Shown in pieces: positions 14,461 to 27,574 of a stretch of DNA of 64,000 nt. The notes below the pieces were generated by a model. That model made no database searches. It saw nothing but the letters and a program-made list of their open reading frames with translations, and was not told where the DNA came from. The translations under genes were made by a program, and so were the position numbers. Position 1 is the stretch's first letter. Each line of letters starts with the position of its first letter. The stretch spans positions 110,670,001 through 110,734,000 of the forward strand of contig OX597817.1 of the NCBI GenBank assembly GCA_951406725.2, read 5' to 3'. This DNA is from Octopus vulgaris (lineage: Eukaryota).

Positions 14461-15861
14461 TTGAATGTGAGTAAAGCCCTGGTAGGAGACTGATGTATAT
14501 ATTTACCAGAAATATATTATATACAAATACAAGTATATAGATGAGAAATGTATCATATATAAATTCCAGAATATTTTATAAAGATATATAAATACCACAG
14601 AGCAGTACCTCAAGCAAGTGCTTTCTGGCTGTAGCTCTGTGTATCTTGTGAATGAATTTGGTCAAGGGAATCTGTGTAGAAGACTTTCATGTGGTGTGTG
14701 TGTGTGTAACTGTTAATTGGTTGACATTCAGCTGTAAAAATCATGCCAAACTGACCTTGCCTGTGCTTGTGCTATGTAAAATGCACCCAGTCCACTCTGT
14801 GGGGTGGTTGGTGTTAGGAAGGGCATCCAGTCATAAAAGCCATGCCAAAGCAGACACAAAAGTCTGGTTGTAGTCTTCTGCTTGGCCAACTCCTGTCAGC
14901 ATGGAAAATGGACTGGAAAATGGACTTTAAACGATGATGATGTGCTTGTTTCTGTAACTTAGGGGTTCAGCAAAAAATAAAAATAACAAAAAAGAAAGAA
15001 AAAGACCTATGGAATAAGTACCAAACTCAAAAAGTAAGTATTGCAGTTGATTTGATTGATGAAACACTTCAAGGCACTATACTCAGCACAACCACTGTTG
15101 TGCTGAGTACAGTGCCTTGCTTCAAACTACTGAAGCAAGTAGAAAAATATACTAAAAGAGTAGTAGAATATATATAAGAAATTATATATATAAAAAGCAG
15201 TATATATTCCAAAAGTAAATTTACTATAAATGTATATGTAAATATCAGTAATATATAGCATATAAATGCAATGACAGATACCAGAAATGTATATGAATAT
15301 TAGAATATACAGTAGAAATATATCATGTATAAACACTAGGATAGATACCAGAATTATATATAGATATCACAAGACATACCAGATGTATATTTAGTAGTAA
15401 TATACATCAAAAGAGGAGAGATCATGAAACAGCAAACATAATATATTGATTTAAAGAATAAATGTAGATTAAAATATTATTAATCAGCTAACCTCCTCAT
15501 TCTTTTTCCACATCAATAATCACTTGATGTAATGGAATCTGTGACTTTCAATATTCTGAGAGAGAGAGAGAGAGATTTAGTGTCATTATATCTGCATATC
15601 TGTAGTTCAGCTATGAAGTCATTGTCCATCTTTAGTTTTAACAAATCTTCGATACTAAGTAGATTACAAAGGAAAACACATGCCATATCAGGAAGATGTG
15701 TCCATATATCATGCCACAAAATTTTTAATGAAAATCAATGTTCAGAATTGAGCTAGTAAAGTTTTGTATAGGAAAATTTAACATTCTTATTACTGTACAT
15801 TCTGAATATAAGACAGACTACAGTTTTCTGAATAATATTTCCTTACTCAAATTACTGATAC

Positions 15862-16278
15862 TCTTTTACTCTTTTACTTGTTTCAGTCATTTGACTGCGG
15901 CCATGCTAGAGCACCGCCTTTAGTCGAGCAAATCGACCACAGGACTTATTCTTTGTAAGCCTAGTACTTATTCTATCGGTCTCTTTTGCGGAACGGCTAA
16001 GTTACGGGGGACATAAACACACCAGCATCAATTGTCAAGCGATGTTGGGGGGACAAACACAGATACACAAACATATACACACACACATGCATATATATAT
16101 ATATACATATATACAACGGGCTTCTTTCAGTTTCCGTCTACCAAATCCACTCACAAGACTTTCGTCAGTTCAAGGCTATAGTAGAAGACACTTGCCCAAG
16201 GTGTCACACAGTGGGACTGAACCCGGAACCATGTGATTGGTAAGCAAGCTACTTACCACACAGCCACTCCTGTGCCTA
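15862..16278 (-). mobile_element. SINE family A
   Basis: Full-length reverse-complement copy. Confidence 0.85.
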
Positions 16279-17545
16279 AATGTTAATAAACAAAGACTTA
16301 TGCATATCTGTTCTGAAACTCAAGACATAAATATGAAATCCATCTGAGACAGAGACAAGAATTTATAAATGCTTCTTATTTTCTTGAGTTGTGCCTCTTC
16401 TGTGTTATTGTATTTAGTCTCTTATTGTTTTGTATTAGAAAACTGAAGATTCTCTACATGCCTTTACACAACTCTGCCATTATAATGGCAAATCTAATTG
16501 TTCTTGTTGATTAACAAATAAAGGCCCTTCCTGGGAGATCTTAGTTAATATATTTTTAATACTTTTTCTTATTAGAAAGTTAAATGACAATATATATATA
16601 TAGCTAACTTCATTTAGAAGCTGTTCATTGTTCTATGTCAATAATCACTAAATTTAAGACTCTACTTTATTATCTATTTCCTATTTGTCAATCTTGTTGC
16701 CTTCCACATCTTCAAAGTTTATCACTCTTTTTTCTATTTTACTTTATGTATGGTTTCAAACATACCAGCATTGAATTCTATCATGTTCTGATGATCCTCT
16801 TCCTTGAAAAAGTAGACCTAAATTATTTTGTAAGTTATATTTACCCTTGCCAGTTCTTGTGTCAGTAGTAAGTATTGATTTTTGAGCAAAGCATTTTTTC
16901 ATCCATGCAACAAGATATCATCACCTGAACAAACACAAGGTTTTAGAATTTATATCACCTGAATAAATATTCAGAGCATTGTCTTGTGAAAGAACCAACC
17001 AGTTCAGTGACAGACTTTAGAAACATTTCAATAATAATAGTGATAATAATAATAATAATTAGCAGGGACCTGTGGAATTTCTACGAACTGATTAATAGAA
17101 TGTTGAGTAAATAAACTTTTTCTAAATATATGTATGTATAAAAATAACGCATCGAAGAAAGGAGTAATTAAAATCTCTACATATATAATAGAATGAGATA
17201 CTTAGGCAGCAAATACTAAAATTGCGTATATTTGTACTGTTCTATTTACAAATACATAAAGTTTAGCTATTAATTCTATCCTTTTTTAACAAACAATACT
17301 CATGGGCTGGGAAAATAAACAACACACAGAGATACTTGGGAGTGTCCACCATGTGTGCAAAGATTGCCAATGCCAATCAATCCATGGTACTCTCCCCTCC
17401 CAACAGAGGGCCATGCCAGTTTCCTCCAATATGAATACAGAAAACAATAGACCTATATATGTACAAAACTATATAATACATGCCACATATAAATAGTTTC
17501 CTCTTTTGAAAGATATTCATTTAATTTCTATATATATTTGTATAT

Positions 17546-17850
17546 CATCATCATCATCGTTTAACGTCCGCTTTCCATGCTAACATGGGTTGGACGATTT
17601 GACTGAGAACTGGCGAACCAGGTGGCTGCACCAGGCTCCAGTCTTGATCTGGCAGAGCTTCTATGGCTGGATGCCCTTCCTTACGCCAACCACTCCGAGA
17701 GTGTAGTGAGTGCTTTTACATACCACCGGCACAAGGGCCAGTCAGGCAGTACTGGCAACTGCCATGCCCAAATGGTGTTTTTTTTTACATGCCACCTGCA
17801 CACTGGCACAAGTGCCAGTAACGTGACGCTGGTAGTGCCAGTAAGGTGAC
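17546..17850 (-). mobile_element. RTE LINE 3' UTR / RTE-tailed repeat
   Basis: CATCATCATCGTTTAACGTCCGCTTTCCATGCTAACATGGGTTGGACG; matches 23026-23347. Confidence 0.75.
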
Positions 17851-17852
17851 GC

Positions 17853-17883
<31 letters not shown>

Positions 17884-17889
17884 ATGTAT

Positions 17890-20380
17890 GGCTACCACTT
17901 CCAGTCTTGTACCATTGCAGAGTCCATTCTACATAGAAATGTTATGAAGCAGCATTACTATTGAGCTGGGTTTTAAACTCAATTTATGAGGAGTCATTCC
18001 TGATGGTATCAAAGAGTTTAGAAATTCAAGTGGATAGCACTCAACCTCAGCAGGATCATCTATCAAAACTTTATCTGTACTATAATAGGTGCGGCAGTCA
18101 CTTGGAAGTTGTGTCAAAAATTCTTCATTGATCAGGAGGCAGTCTGAGTTCTTTGGTGAAAGAATTACTCTGCTTCTCTCTTCCTCAGATGTATTGTTGA
18201 AGATATCATCTACCAGAGAGCCATCAACACAGGAAATTTGAGGCACTTCTATGTCATCAACAGCAAGATTAGGATTTTGTGGAGCTGCATATGTTCCATT
18301 GCCAAGATGCAAGAGCCATGCTGCAAATTCCCTTTGACCTGCTGCTGCCCTGATGTTTTGGCTTAATCTGTATTGGATGAAATTCAGCCATAGAGGAGAA
18401 TTTTTAATATAGATTTCAATAATTACTTCACAAGTTCCTCTTGGTAATATTCTTTCTTTTATTCTTCTTTCTTTTACTTGTTTCAGTCATTTTGACTGCG
18501 GCCATCCTGGAGCACCGCCTTTTAGTCGAGCAACTCGACCCCGGGACTCATTCTTTTTGTAAGCCCAGTACTTATTCTATCGGTCTCTTTTTGCCAAACC
18601 ACTAAGTGACAGGGACGTAAACACACCAGCATCGGTTGTCAAGCAATGCTAGGGGAACAAACACAGACACACAAACACACACACATACATATATATATAT
18701 ACATATATACGACAGGCTTCTTTCAGTTTCCGTCTACCAAATCCACTCACAAGGCATTGGTCGGCCCGGGGCTATAGCAGAAGACACTTGCCTAAGATGC
18801 CACGCAGTGGGACTGAACCCGGAACCATGTGGTTGGTTAGCAAGCTACTTACCACACAGCCACTCCTGCGCCTATGGGTAGGATTTTCCTAAAGTATCTC
18901 CCAAGAGCACCAAAAACAGCAGCAATGCCAGTGATATTTCACAAGGTTTTATCAATAGCATGAAGAGCAAAAGAAAGGATCATAGAAGCCTCATCCAAGA
19001 TGATCAAATCCAGGTTTTGTATGATTTGCATGGTCTGAAGTGGCTGGTGCATTACAAAAGCTGGCTTCCATGAGTGGGACAGGTAACTTGAACAAACTAT
19101 GGATAGTCTTTCCACCTGACAGTAGTGTAGAGGCAATGCCTGTCCAAGCACCACTGCACACATTGCAGTTGTTCCTTCACAGATAAGAATGGTATTAAAC
19201 ATAAGTTTTACCACAACCTCCAGGTGCATCTACATAGAAACAGGAGTGGTTGGGTACTTTACCTCTCCTCTTCTTATCAAGAGATTCAAGCACAGCATTA
19301 TCAATCAATCTCTGTTCATCAGTGAGTGTAGCAATGCCTGGGTAGTCAAGGTCTTCATGATGGTCAAGCTGCAGTACTCCAATAGGTTCAAGCAGTCCAA
19401 TTTCTAAACAATTAATGCCATTCTCTATCAGAATTGCATCAATTGAGTGCAGTGCCATGTTTTCTATGTGTTCTGCAATAAAACCTTGGTGCAAGAAATC
19501 TTCAATCATGGATTCCTTGTGAGTGGTCCACAGGTGAAGAGCATTTGCAGGGTTCATATACATGCACAGGGTAGCAAGCATAATACACAACTGTAAGGGC
19601 ATCCAACAGGCAGCAGCTTCTAGCAATGCATATTCCAGAGTGTCATCGTTTGAGAGAAGACCACCATATCTCTGAAACTCAATGACATAGACATGAGCCA
19701 CTGGCACCCCAAAAATGTGTCTATCCTTTATATCCCTCATAAGTTCTGCAAGATGTCACTTGTGCACTCAGGCAACAAAATGTGGCCTATTTTCAGTTGT
19801 TTCATTTTGCTGTTGATTATCAACTCTCTCAAGGCACTTTGAGTTTCAAGTGTAAGTGATGAACAAGTCTGGCTTAGCATATTTTGAAACAATTGACATG
19901 GCATCCTGAAAATATTGGTGCATATTCTTTGGACTGCCAGTATCACTGGTACTCCTGATTCAATATTCTCATCTGCTTCTCTGTTCAAATAGTCCATCAA
20001 TCCATTATACCTTTCCACTTGCAACTGGGTCTGATTGTTCCTAAGATATTGCAACCTGCTTCCTTTAACCTTGACATATGCATCTACAACTGTCAAAATA
20101 ATTTTCCAGCTCTGTGAATAACACTAAACCTTGTGTCCATGTGTCCAGCATTCCTCAACATGTTGCATCTCAGAATGTCATCCAAATTCCCCATGGGAAA
20201 ATAGAATTGGATAGCTCATAGGGTCCAAGTGGCATGATGTGTAAGATATTTTTTCAGAGGAACATCTCAGGGATACACAATAATGTTTCTATTTTCAGGA
20301 GAGGCACCATTTTCCCAACAAACACTGTTGCTATTTCATTGCTGGTGGGGAAATTGTAGTGCCTGATATCGGATCCCATT
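17890..20380 (-). pseudogene. degenerate Helitron RepHel (HUH replicase plus PIF1-like SF1 helicase), internally deleted
   Basis: Minus-strand fragments in the correct order: YNFPTSNEIA...DPMSYPILFSHGEFG; VDAYVKVKGSRLQYLRNNQTQL; HVYVIEFQRYG (Rep motif); FYVDAPGGCGKTY (Walker A); LIILDEASM (Walker B); ILSPKN...PSGMTPHKLSLKPSSIVMLLHN. Stops and frameshifts present. Confidence 0.92.
18455..18873 (-). mobile_element. SINE family A inserted in the Helitron helicase
   Basis: Full-length copy splitting the helicase sequence. Confidence 0.85.
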
Positions 20381-20419
20381 CTTGATTTACAGTTTACATA
20401 TATTTATACATGTCCGTAT

Positions 20420-21010
20420 AGATATATGTTTCTATCTCTCTATAAACACACACAGAATGTCACACGTCCACACACATACACACTTTCTATCACCACTCTC
20501 TCTCTCCCTCTCCCTCTGACTCTTTCTCTCTCACTACCTCTCTATCCCTCCTCTGTATCGAAAAGTAAAAGTAACATCGAAAATTTACTATGGTTATTTC
20601 TCTTTGATTTAACAATGTATCGATGTATCTACTTGTATTCCGTTTCACAGAAGACAAATAGATAGATAAATACATTGACACAATGTTAAATCAAAGAGAA
20701 ATAACCACAGTAAATTTTTGATGTTACTTTTACTTTTCGATACAAAGGAGGGACAGAGAGGTAGTGAGAGAGAAAGAGTCAGAGTCAGAGGGAGAGAGAG
20801 AGTGATGATAGAAAGTGTGTGTGAACATGTGACATTCTCTGTATTTATAGATAGATAGACACATATCTATCTATCCATCTATAAACACAGAGAATGTCAC
20901 ACACACACACACACTTTCTATTACCACTCTCACCCTCCGTCTGACTCTGACTCTTTCTCTCTCACTACCTCTCTGTCCCTCCTATGTATCAAAAAGTAAA
21001 AGTAACATAA
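20420..21010. repeat. A / inverted A / A arrangement of a ~200-bp unit (double palindrome)
   Basis: TATAAACAC..AGAATGTCAC...CTCTCACTACCTCTCT.TCCCTCC...AAAAGTAAAAGTAACAT at 20441-20625, inverted at 20672-20850, direct again at 20880-21008. Confidence 0.85.
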
Positions 21011-21657
21011 AGACCGTAACGGGCAGACGAACTAAGGAAGAAGCAGAATGATAAATGATAATAATAATAATAATAATGATAATAATAATAATAATTTTCA
21101 GTTATTATTCTGACTAGCTGAAATTCCAAACAATAAATGAATCAACATTTTTCAAACTCCTTGGTTAGTTGTAAAAATAGTGAAGAAAGTAGAAATAGTT
21201 GAACTTTTAATGGAATATATAGAATAATTTATTTATTAAGCATTTTTAGTTTATATTTCATTTTGTTGATATTGTTGTTTATTTGGCCCCTGGTCAACCT
21301 TCATGACTCAGACATATGTTACAAGACGTAATTATCTTGTCTTTCTTTAGTCAAAGTGTATATGGTTTTGCATTACCTAATGTGTCCTTCCTTTATTATA
21401 ACAGTAGTGTGTGATTTGAACTAGATTTGCTTGCTAATTCCAGAATGTAGCATCACTCTACAGATGTTCCCTCTTTGCAACACTACCAACTACCACCACC
21501 ATCACATACTTAAAAAATATTTATCTTATATCTAACCTATCAGTGTTTACAAGAATGGAACAATTTCATACCTTTAAATTTCATTTTCAAAGATTTCCTC
21601 ATGTTTTCTATTTATAAATCAACTATTTTTAAAATTGGTTTTTGTTAAAAATATTAA

Positions 21658-21875
21658 CCCTTTACCATTCAAATTATTCTGACCAATGTAATGCTTATTT
21701 ATTGCATTGTTTTGAATTACCCATGCACTGTCTCATAACTTTTAAATTTCAATGATGTGGTCATTTATTTTTAGAATGACATTATAGAGTAGCTGTGGGA
21801 GGTTGAATATGGTCAGTCCCAACATAAAACTGGCAGAATATTTGGACTGGATATAGCAGTTTAAATGCTAAAGAG
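21658..21875. mobile_element. piggyBac-type MITE
   Basis: TTAA|CCCTTTACCATTCAAA ... TTTAAATGCTAAAGAG|TTAA: TTAA TSD and imperfect CCC-type TIR. Confidence 0.65.
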
Positions 21876-23025
21876 TTAAAGGACTGGCAGAGGATGTAAA
21901 GTGTTAGACTAAAGTCTTTGGAATATTTTATTTATTTTTATTTTTATTTTTTTTCTGGTTCCAAACCCTGTGGTATTTGACTTTCACTCCTCTGGTGTCA
22001 ATAGAATGAGTATTGTATTCATCAACTTTTAGAGTCGATTCAGTTAATTAGTACTCCTTTCCTAGAAATTTATGGTCTTGAATGTAAGTTTGAAATCAAT
22101 ATAGTTTTTGAAGCCATGCTATTTAAATTTGATTATTACATTTAATTTAAATATTAAGTCTAATTATTAGAAAAAATATCATTATTGAAATTTGGAATTT
22201 CCAATAGTAAAACTACTAAAATTATCAATTACTTTATTTCTAAATCTATTTATTCAATCATGAAAGAAAAGAAAAAATGGGCTTAAGAATCACGATTAAG
22301 ACTAATCTGATAGTTTTTTAATCTCATCTTTATAAAGTAAAAAATGTAAAAGATGTATAACATAACAAAATAAAAAATATATATTTATAAAATCCTCCTC
22401 TTTTCTTTATATAGCAATGTTCGGTTTGATTTTTGATATGATAGCTCCTGCATTCCTGTTTCAAAAGATTTTTTTTTCAAAATCAAGGCTTATTTGATTC
22501 TTTCAGGATCATGGATTAATTTTCTAAGAGTCTGTTCACATGTTCAGACAGATCCCTGCATCAACCATTACTGCTTGAACAATTATCATTGTATAATGAA
22601 ATCCCTTCAAGTTTTATTTTTTTCGACTCAGTTAATAAATATCATGGAGTTTTCTTAATACAATTTAGCTACTGTTTATCATTAGGGAAGTAATTAATTC
22701 TGAAGCATAATTATTTCCCAATCTTCCCCACAACTTTGTTAGTCCTTTCCATACTTTATTATTTCCCCTCCCTCTGTCCCTTCCATTTGCATAAATAAGC
22801 ATGCTCCATTACTGATTTATAATTTCAACCTATTTCATGCTAAAAATAAGTTGAGAAGCTAAGACATAATAGTTTTCTACCAACATAAGGACATTTGACA
22901 AATTACTTGTAATACAAAGTCAAACTATATAATACGGCACTGTATTGTTTTTGACATTTTGTTTTTAAACATTTATTCATTCCAAGAAGTATTTCATTCT
23001 TTGCAATAACAAAGGAATAAAAAAT

Positions 23026-23347
23026 CCCCGTGCCGGTGGCATGTAAAAAGCACCATCCGATCATGTCTATTGCCAGCCTCGCCTGGCCCCTGTGCCGGTG
23101 GCACGTAAAAAGCACCATCCGACCGTGGCCGTTTGCCAGCCCCGTCTGGCAACTGTGCTGGTGGCACGTAAAAAGCACCCACTACACTCATGGAGTGGTT
23201 GGTGTTAGGAAGGGCATCCAGCCGTAGAAACACTGCCAGATCAGACTGGGCCTGGCGCAGCCTTCTGGCTTCCCAGACCCCAGTTGAACCGTCCAACCCA
23301 TGCTAGCATGGAAAGCGGACGCTAAAGGATGATGATGATGATGATGA
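23026..23347 (+). mobile_element. RTE LINE 3' UTR with three ~60-bp internal tandem units and (GAT)n tail
   Basis: GTGCCGGTGGCACGTAAAAAGCACC x3, then ...AACCCATGCTAGCATGGAAAGCGGACG..AA.GATGATGAT. Confidence 0.8.
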
Positions 23348-25509
23348 TTTTTTTAATTGATAAAAGTCAATAACAATTTTTTAATAACACCAGGTGTGAG
23401 GTTAAGCCACAAATTTTTTGGAAGGGTCACAGACTACAAAGTTTCGGGAATCAACATCAGTACTTGGATGTTGTATAATTTTAATCTACCACTGGAACAA
23501 TTAAACATAAAATTGGCTTTAGCAGGATTTGAGTTTGGAATGAAAAGAAATCTGACTATGCTGTACAGCATTTATTTTATCTACTACTACTACTACTTAT
23601 TCAACAATCCACAAATAAATAATAATTAAAATAATAAAATTATGATAATTTTCAGCATGAAGTTGAAGACGTGAATTTAATGATTGAGAAAAGCAGAAGT
23701 TGTGATGCTTCTATTATTCCCCAGGGTATAAGTAATGTAAGTAAAATAGCTCCCAAGTGTGAATTGGAACCAGGATATGGATTTAGTTTCCTGAAAATTT
23801 CCTGCCATATTAATTAGGTATCAACCAAAGTAATGACATTTACTCTAGGATATGCAGTTTGTGTTGACATGTGCCGAAGAAGTTGCTGGATGTTGACTAG
23901 TGTATGTAGTGATTGAATTTTTTTTTCTTTAGTGCATGACATCAGTTTGTATTACATGTGCATTCTACGTACTGATATAAACATGTGATGCAATTGGATT
24001 TTTTATGTTAGGTAAGATGTCTTGTCAGTTGATGGATGCTTAACTCCCAGTCAATCTTGATTGAGTAGATTTATGATCAAACGCATTCAAATTATGACCA
24101 TCCAGGCTTGTTTTTATTTTTTTGTTCTTTACAAACATAGTATAACGTTTGACTGTATCATCATCATCCAAAATACTTAATGCTAAGGCAGCATAGGGTG
24201 GGTTGAGGGAGATGGCTGGTATCACTAGCTTGTCGAACAACTGCACAGATTTAGATGAAGGAAAACTTCAGAAAGGGTTAAATCAAACATATGAAATTTA
24301 TATAATCAAAATGACATCAGATCAAGTTATACAAAATGCTGTAGTATTGTTGATGTATCCAACCCACACCAGCATGAATTGATTAAAAAGAACTCATAAT
24401 GATAATTATTACATGAAAGGAGAAAAGAGAAACTGTCATTTGTGTCTTTATCAAAGGATTTGGTGGATTTTCAGAATAGCTGTCATGATTAACATGAAAT
24501 TTGTTTGTGGTATTTAGTATTTTTCATTTTATAATATCAGGGAAGGGATGGGTAGGAAATGTTAAAGTCAAGGGTTGTTGAAAATTTTGTCTTCTTAAAT
24601 GCGAATTACATTCGTTTTGAAATGTGTGATATTGTAAAAGGACAAAGAAATACAGCAAAAAACAATTTAATTTTAATCATGGCAGTTATTCCAAAAGTCT
24701 ATCAACTGCCCTATCTTTTATTCAAACAATATGTATCACATGTGCTCTCCTTTTCTTTATAAGTAAACACAGTAGGGTGAAATCTGTAGGATATTTGGCC
24801 ACTATTTCTAGCAAGTTGAGCTACTGCATAAAGGCTCCTCATTGCCTTATCAGAAATTTGTTGTTTGATTTGATTGCTTCTGCTTAATCTCAATGCATTT
24901 ATGCTAAGATTTCTCTTCATATAATCATTTCCCCTAGAAAATTACTTATATATATATAAATCATAACAGTTTCATTATGAATTTTTTTTTACAATTCTTG
25001 ACTGGTAATCATTGGAATTGAAATATTGAACTCTTCATTATATATTATCAAGGGACCTTTATTTCTTTATCATACAATAATTTACAATAATTTTCGTTTA
25101 AAAATGGTCTAATGCATGATTTCCTAAACCAAACTACATTTATATGAGTTGATACTTTTGTAGGATTTCATCTAATTACCAACTATAATGGATACTTAAA
25201 AAAAGCAAAAGAGAAAATGAAAAAACCCACTGTCTTAAATTTAGCAACAACAATACTTCATTTCAGTGAGAGCATTTCCAACATATACATGTGATTTTGA
25301 CTTCTGGTGACAAACAATAGATGGTAGGAAAGGCTAGAAAGTACTTCATAGGCAATCAATGCCAGTCATCAACAGTACTGTTTAAATCCTTAATGAAAAT
25401 TTAACTCTGTATCATATTTAATGTCAAGGCCACCTAGCTCTTGTAAGTGAGCACATTGTGGTTTAAAGATAAACATTATTTGTACACATTTGCAGACATA
25501 CAAGGGTAC

Positions 25510-25729
25510 ATGAAGGGGTGCTGAAAAGTTCCTGGCTCTGGATAAAAGAAAATACAGGAGGATCAGTTAATTATGATTTTATACAACATATTCCCCTCTC
25601 AGATTCACACACTTATTGCAGCTGTCCTTCAGTCATTCTAAGCCCCGTGAAAGAACTTGGAAGTTTGGGCCTTCAACCAGGCCTTTCACAATACCTGTAA
25701 AACCAGGAACTTTTCAGCATCTGCTCGTA
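25510..25729. mobile_element. Tc1/mariner-type MITE
   Basis: TIR GGGGTGCTGAAAAGTTCCTGG ... CCAGGAACTTTTCAGCA..GCTCGTA; a second copy lies in opposite orientation at 34257-34474. Confidence 0.75.
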
Positions 25730-27265
25730 GATTTCTTTAGAGAAGTACTAACCCATTTATTACCAGAAGTTACTTGATATAATCACAAGTAAGTTAATGG
25801 TGAGGGATAAAGAGGGTTAACAGTATTATTTGCAGAAGCACATGTTCTTGTGTGGATTTCTAGTGGGAAGTAGGAGTGACCATATTTTTTAAATATGCAA
25901 TCAAGACAGAAAAGGAACTCTACACATTCCAAAAAATATTGTATGCCTTTATGTATGATAATAAGAATTACTGAATGTTTTTAGTTAAATTATTTGTTGA
26001 AAAATATTAACAAAAATTTAAATGGTTAAAAACAAAATCATGTATAAAAACTAAACATAATTCACTAGCACTGTACATGAGCTATAAGCTTAAACTTAAA
26101 CAAATTTTAAACTGAAGCTGTACATTACTTTCTAAAAGCTAAAAGGAGATTTATAGAATGCAAATTACATAAAGACAAACTAGAAAACATTAATGAAAAC
26201 CTATTTCTGAAATTAAACTAAAATTGAAATAAGAGCAACACAGTTTTGGAACAACAGGATAAATCCTGGAAAACCTGGATGTCCCTAGGGAGAAGTGAAT
26301 GACCAAATTAAACGAGCAGTCAATGGTTGTTGAGAAAAATGAGAGTTGAGGTAAGATCATAGAACATTTGAAACAAAATTGTCAGGACAAATCTTAGAGA
26401 AATGAAGTTTATAGAGAAATCAACCAAACTTTAGACAAAGGAAAGAAAAGTAATTTAACAAACTATTGATGTCTGTCATTTTAGTACATTATTTTATAAT
26501 TAGTAACATTGAAACTTAGCAACTCTTGTTAACGAATTATCTTGTGGTATTCCAAACTAGTTTACTGCATAAAATTTCTCAACTTTTTAGAATTTATTTA
26601 GGATTACATGGACTGTATTTTATTAATTTTAACTTTCTCAATAGATCAAGAAGAAATGATTGGCAGAAACTGAACTCTACTCAGTCATTATTGATGATTA
26701 TACCAAAGAATATCAACTGCATTGATTTCATTAATCTCAGAGAGTCTGCAAAGATCATAGCTACTGGCCCTTCTCTCTAAGTAAACCATTAAAAAAGTGT
26801 TTAAATACTGTGCAAATATCAATGGAGGAACACCATTCCATTTTCTGCAAAATTCTATTGTAAACTCATTGAAGCTCAAATTCCTCAAAATGGCAGTCAA
26901 ATTACACTCCTACAGTTTTATAGACAAATAATTGAACAGCTCAGTATTTGATGCACCTTACCAAGGATAAAACATAAAAAAAAAAAAAAGAATGTTATGG
27001 ACCTTAGGTCTGCTCTTCAGTACAACAAACAATACTGAGTAGATGTAGGACTTTATTGCCTTTATGACATTTATTAGGAACTAAATCCATGTGTAATGTT
27101 GAAGCAGTGTGACGTTTTATTTATTTCGCCCAATATTCATGTAAACTCAAGTGTGTTTCGTTCATGTATCATGGTATAAATGTTGTGTTAAAATGTTAAC
27201 ATATTGAAACATAAATTTTGATCGCATCGGCAATTGAGAATTGTTCTTGTTATATATATATATAT

Positions 27266-27413
27266 ATGGTGCTGGCTTCTTGTGCTTCACTACAAATTAT
27301 AGATATATTATGGCACACTACATTTGCTGACACTATAAACGTCACCGAGTTAATTCACTTGAGTGCCATAATATATCTATAATTTGTAGTGAAGCACAAG
27401 AAGCCAGCATCAT
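27266..27413. repeat. near-perfect 51-bp inverted repeat with 46-bp loop
   Basis: 27266-27316 versus 27363-27413, one mismatch. Confidence 0.9.
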
Positions 27414-27574
27414 TTTGAACGAGATCTTGCCTGTAGCCATTATCATGTCCAAGACAAGAACGAGATCTTGCCAGCAACCATTTGCCATGCGCGAGATGAC
27501 AATGAGGCTCCCACCAGCAACCAGCATTTAAGCAGGAGAATAAGACATTCTCTCTCTCATTCCTTCTCACACTT

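Noticed and set aside
23026-23180. Repeat-spacer-like pattern (three ~25-bp repeats with variable intervals), superficially CRISPR-like
   Set aside because: Internal tandem units of the RTE 3' UTR in eukaryotic DNA; no cas genes.
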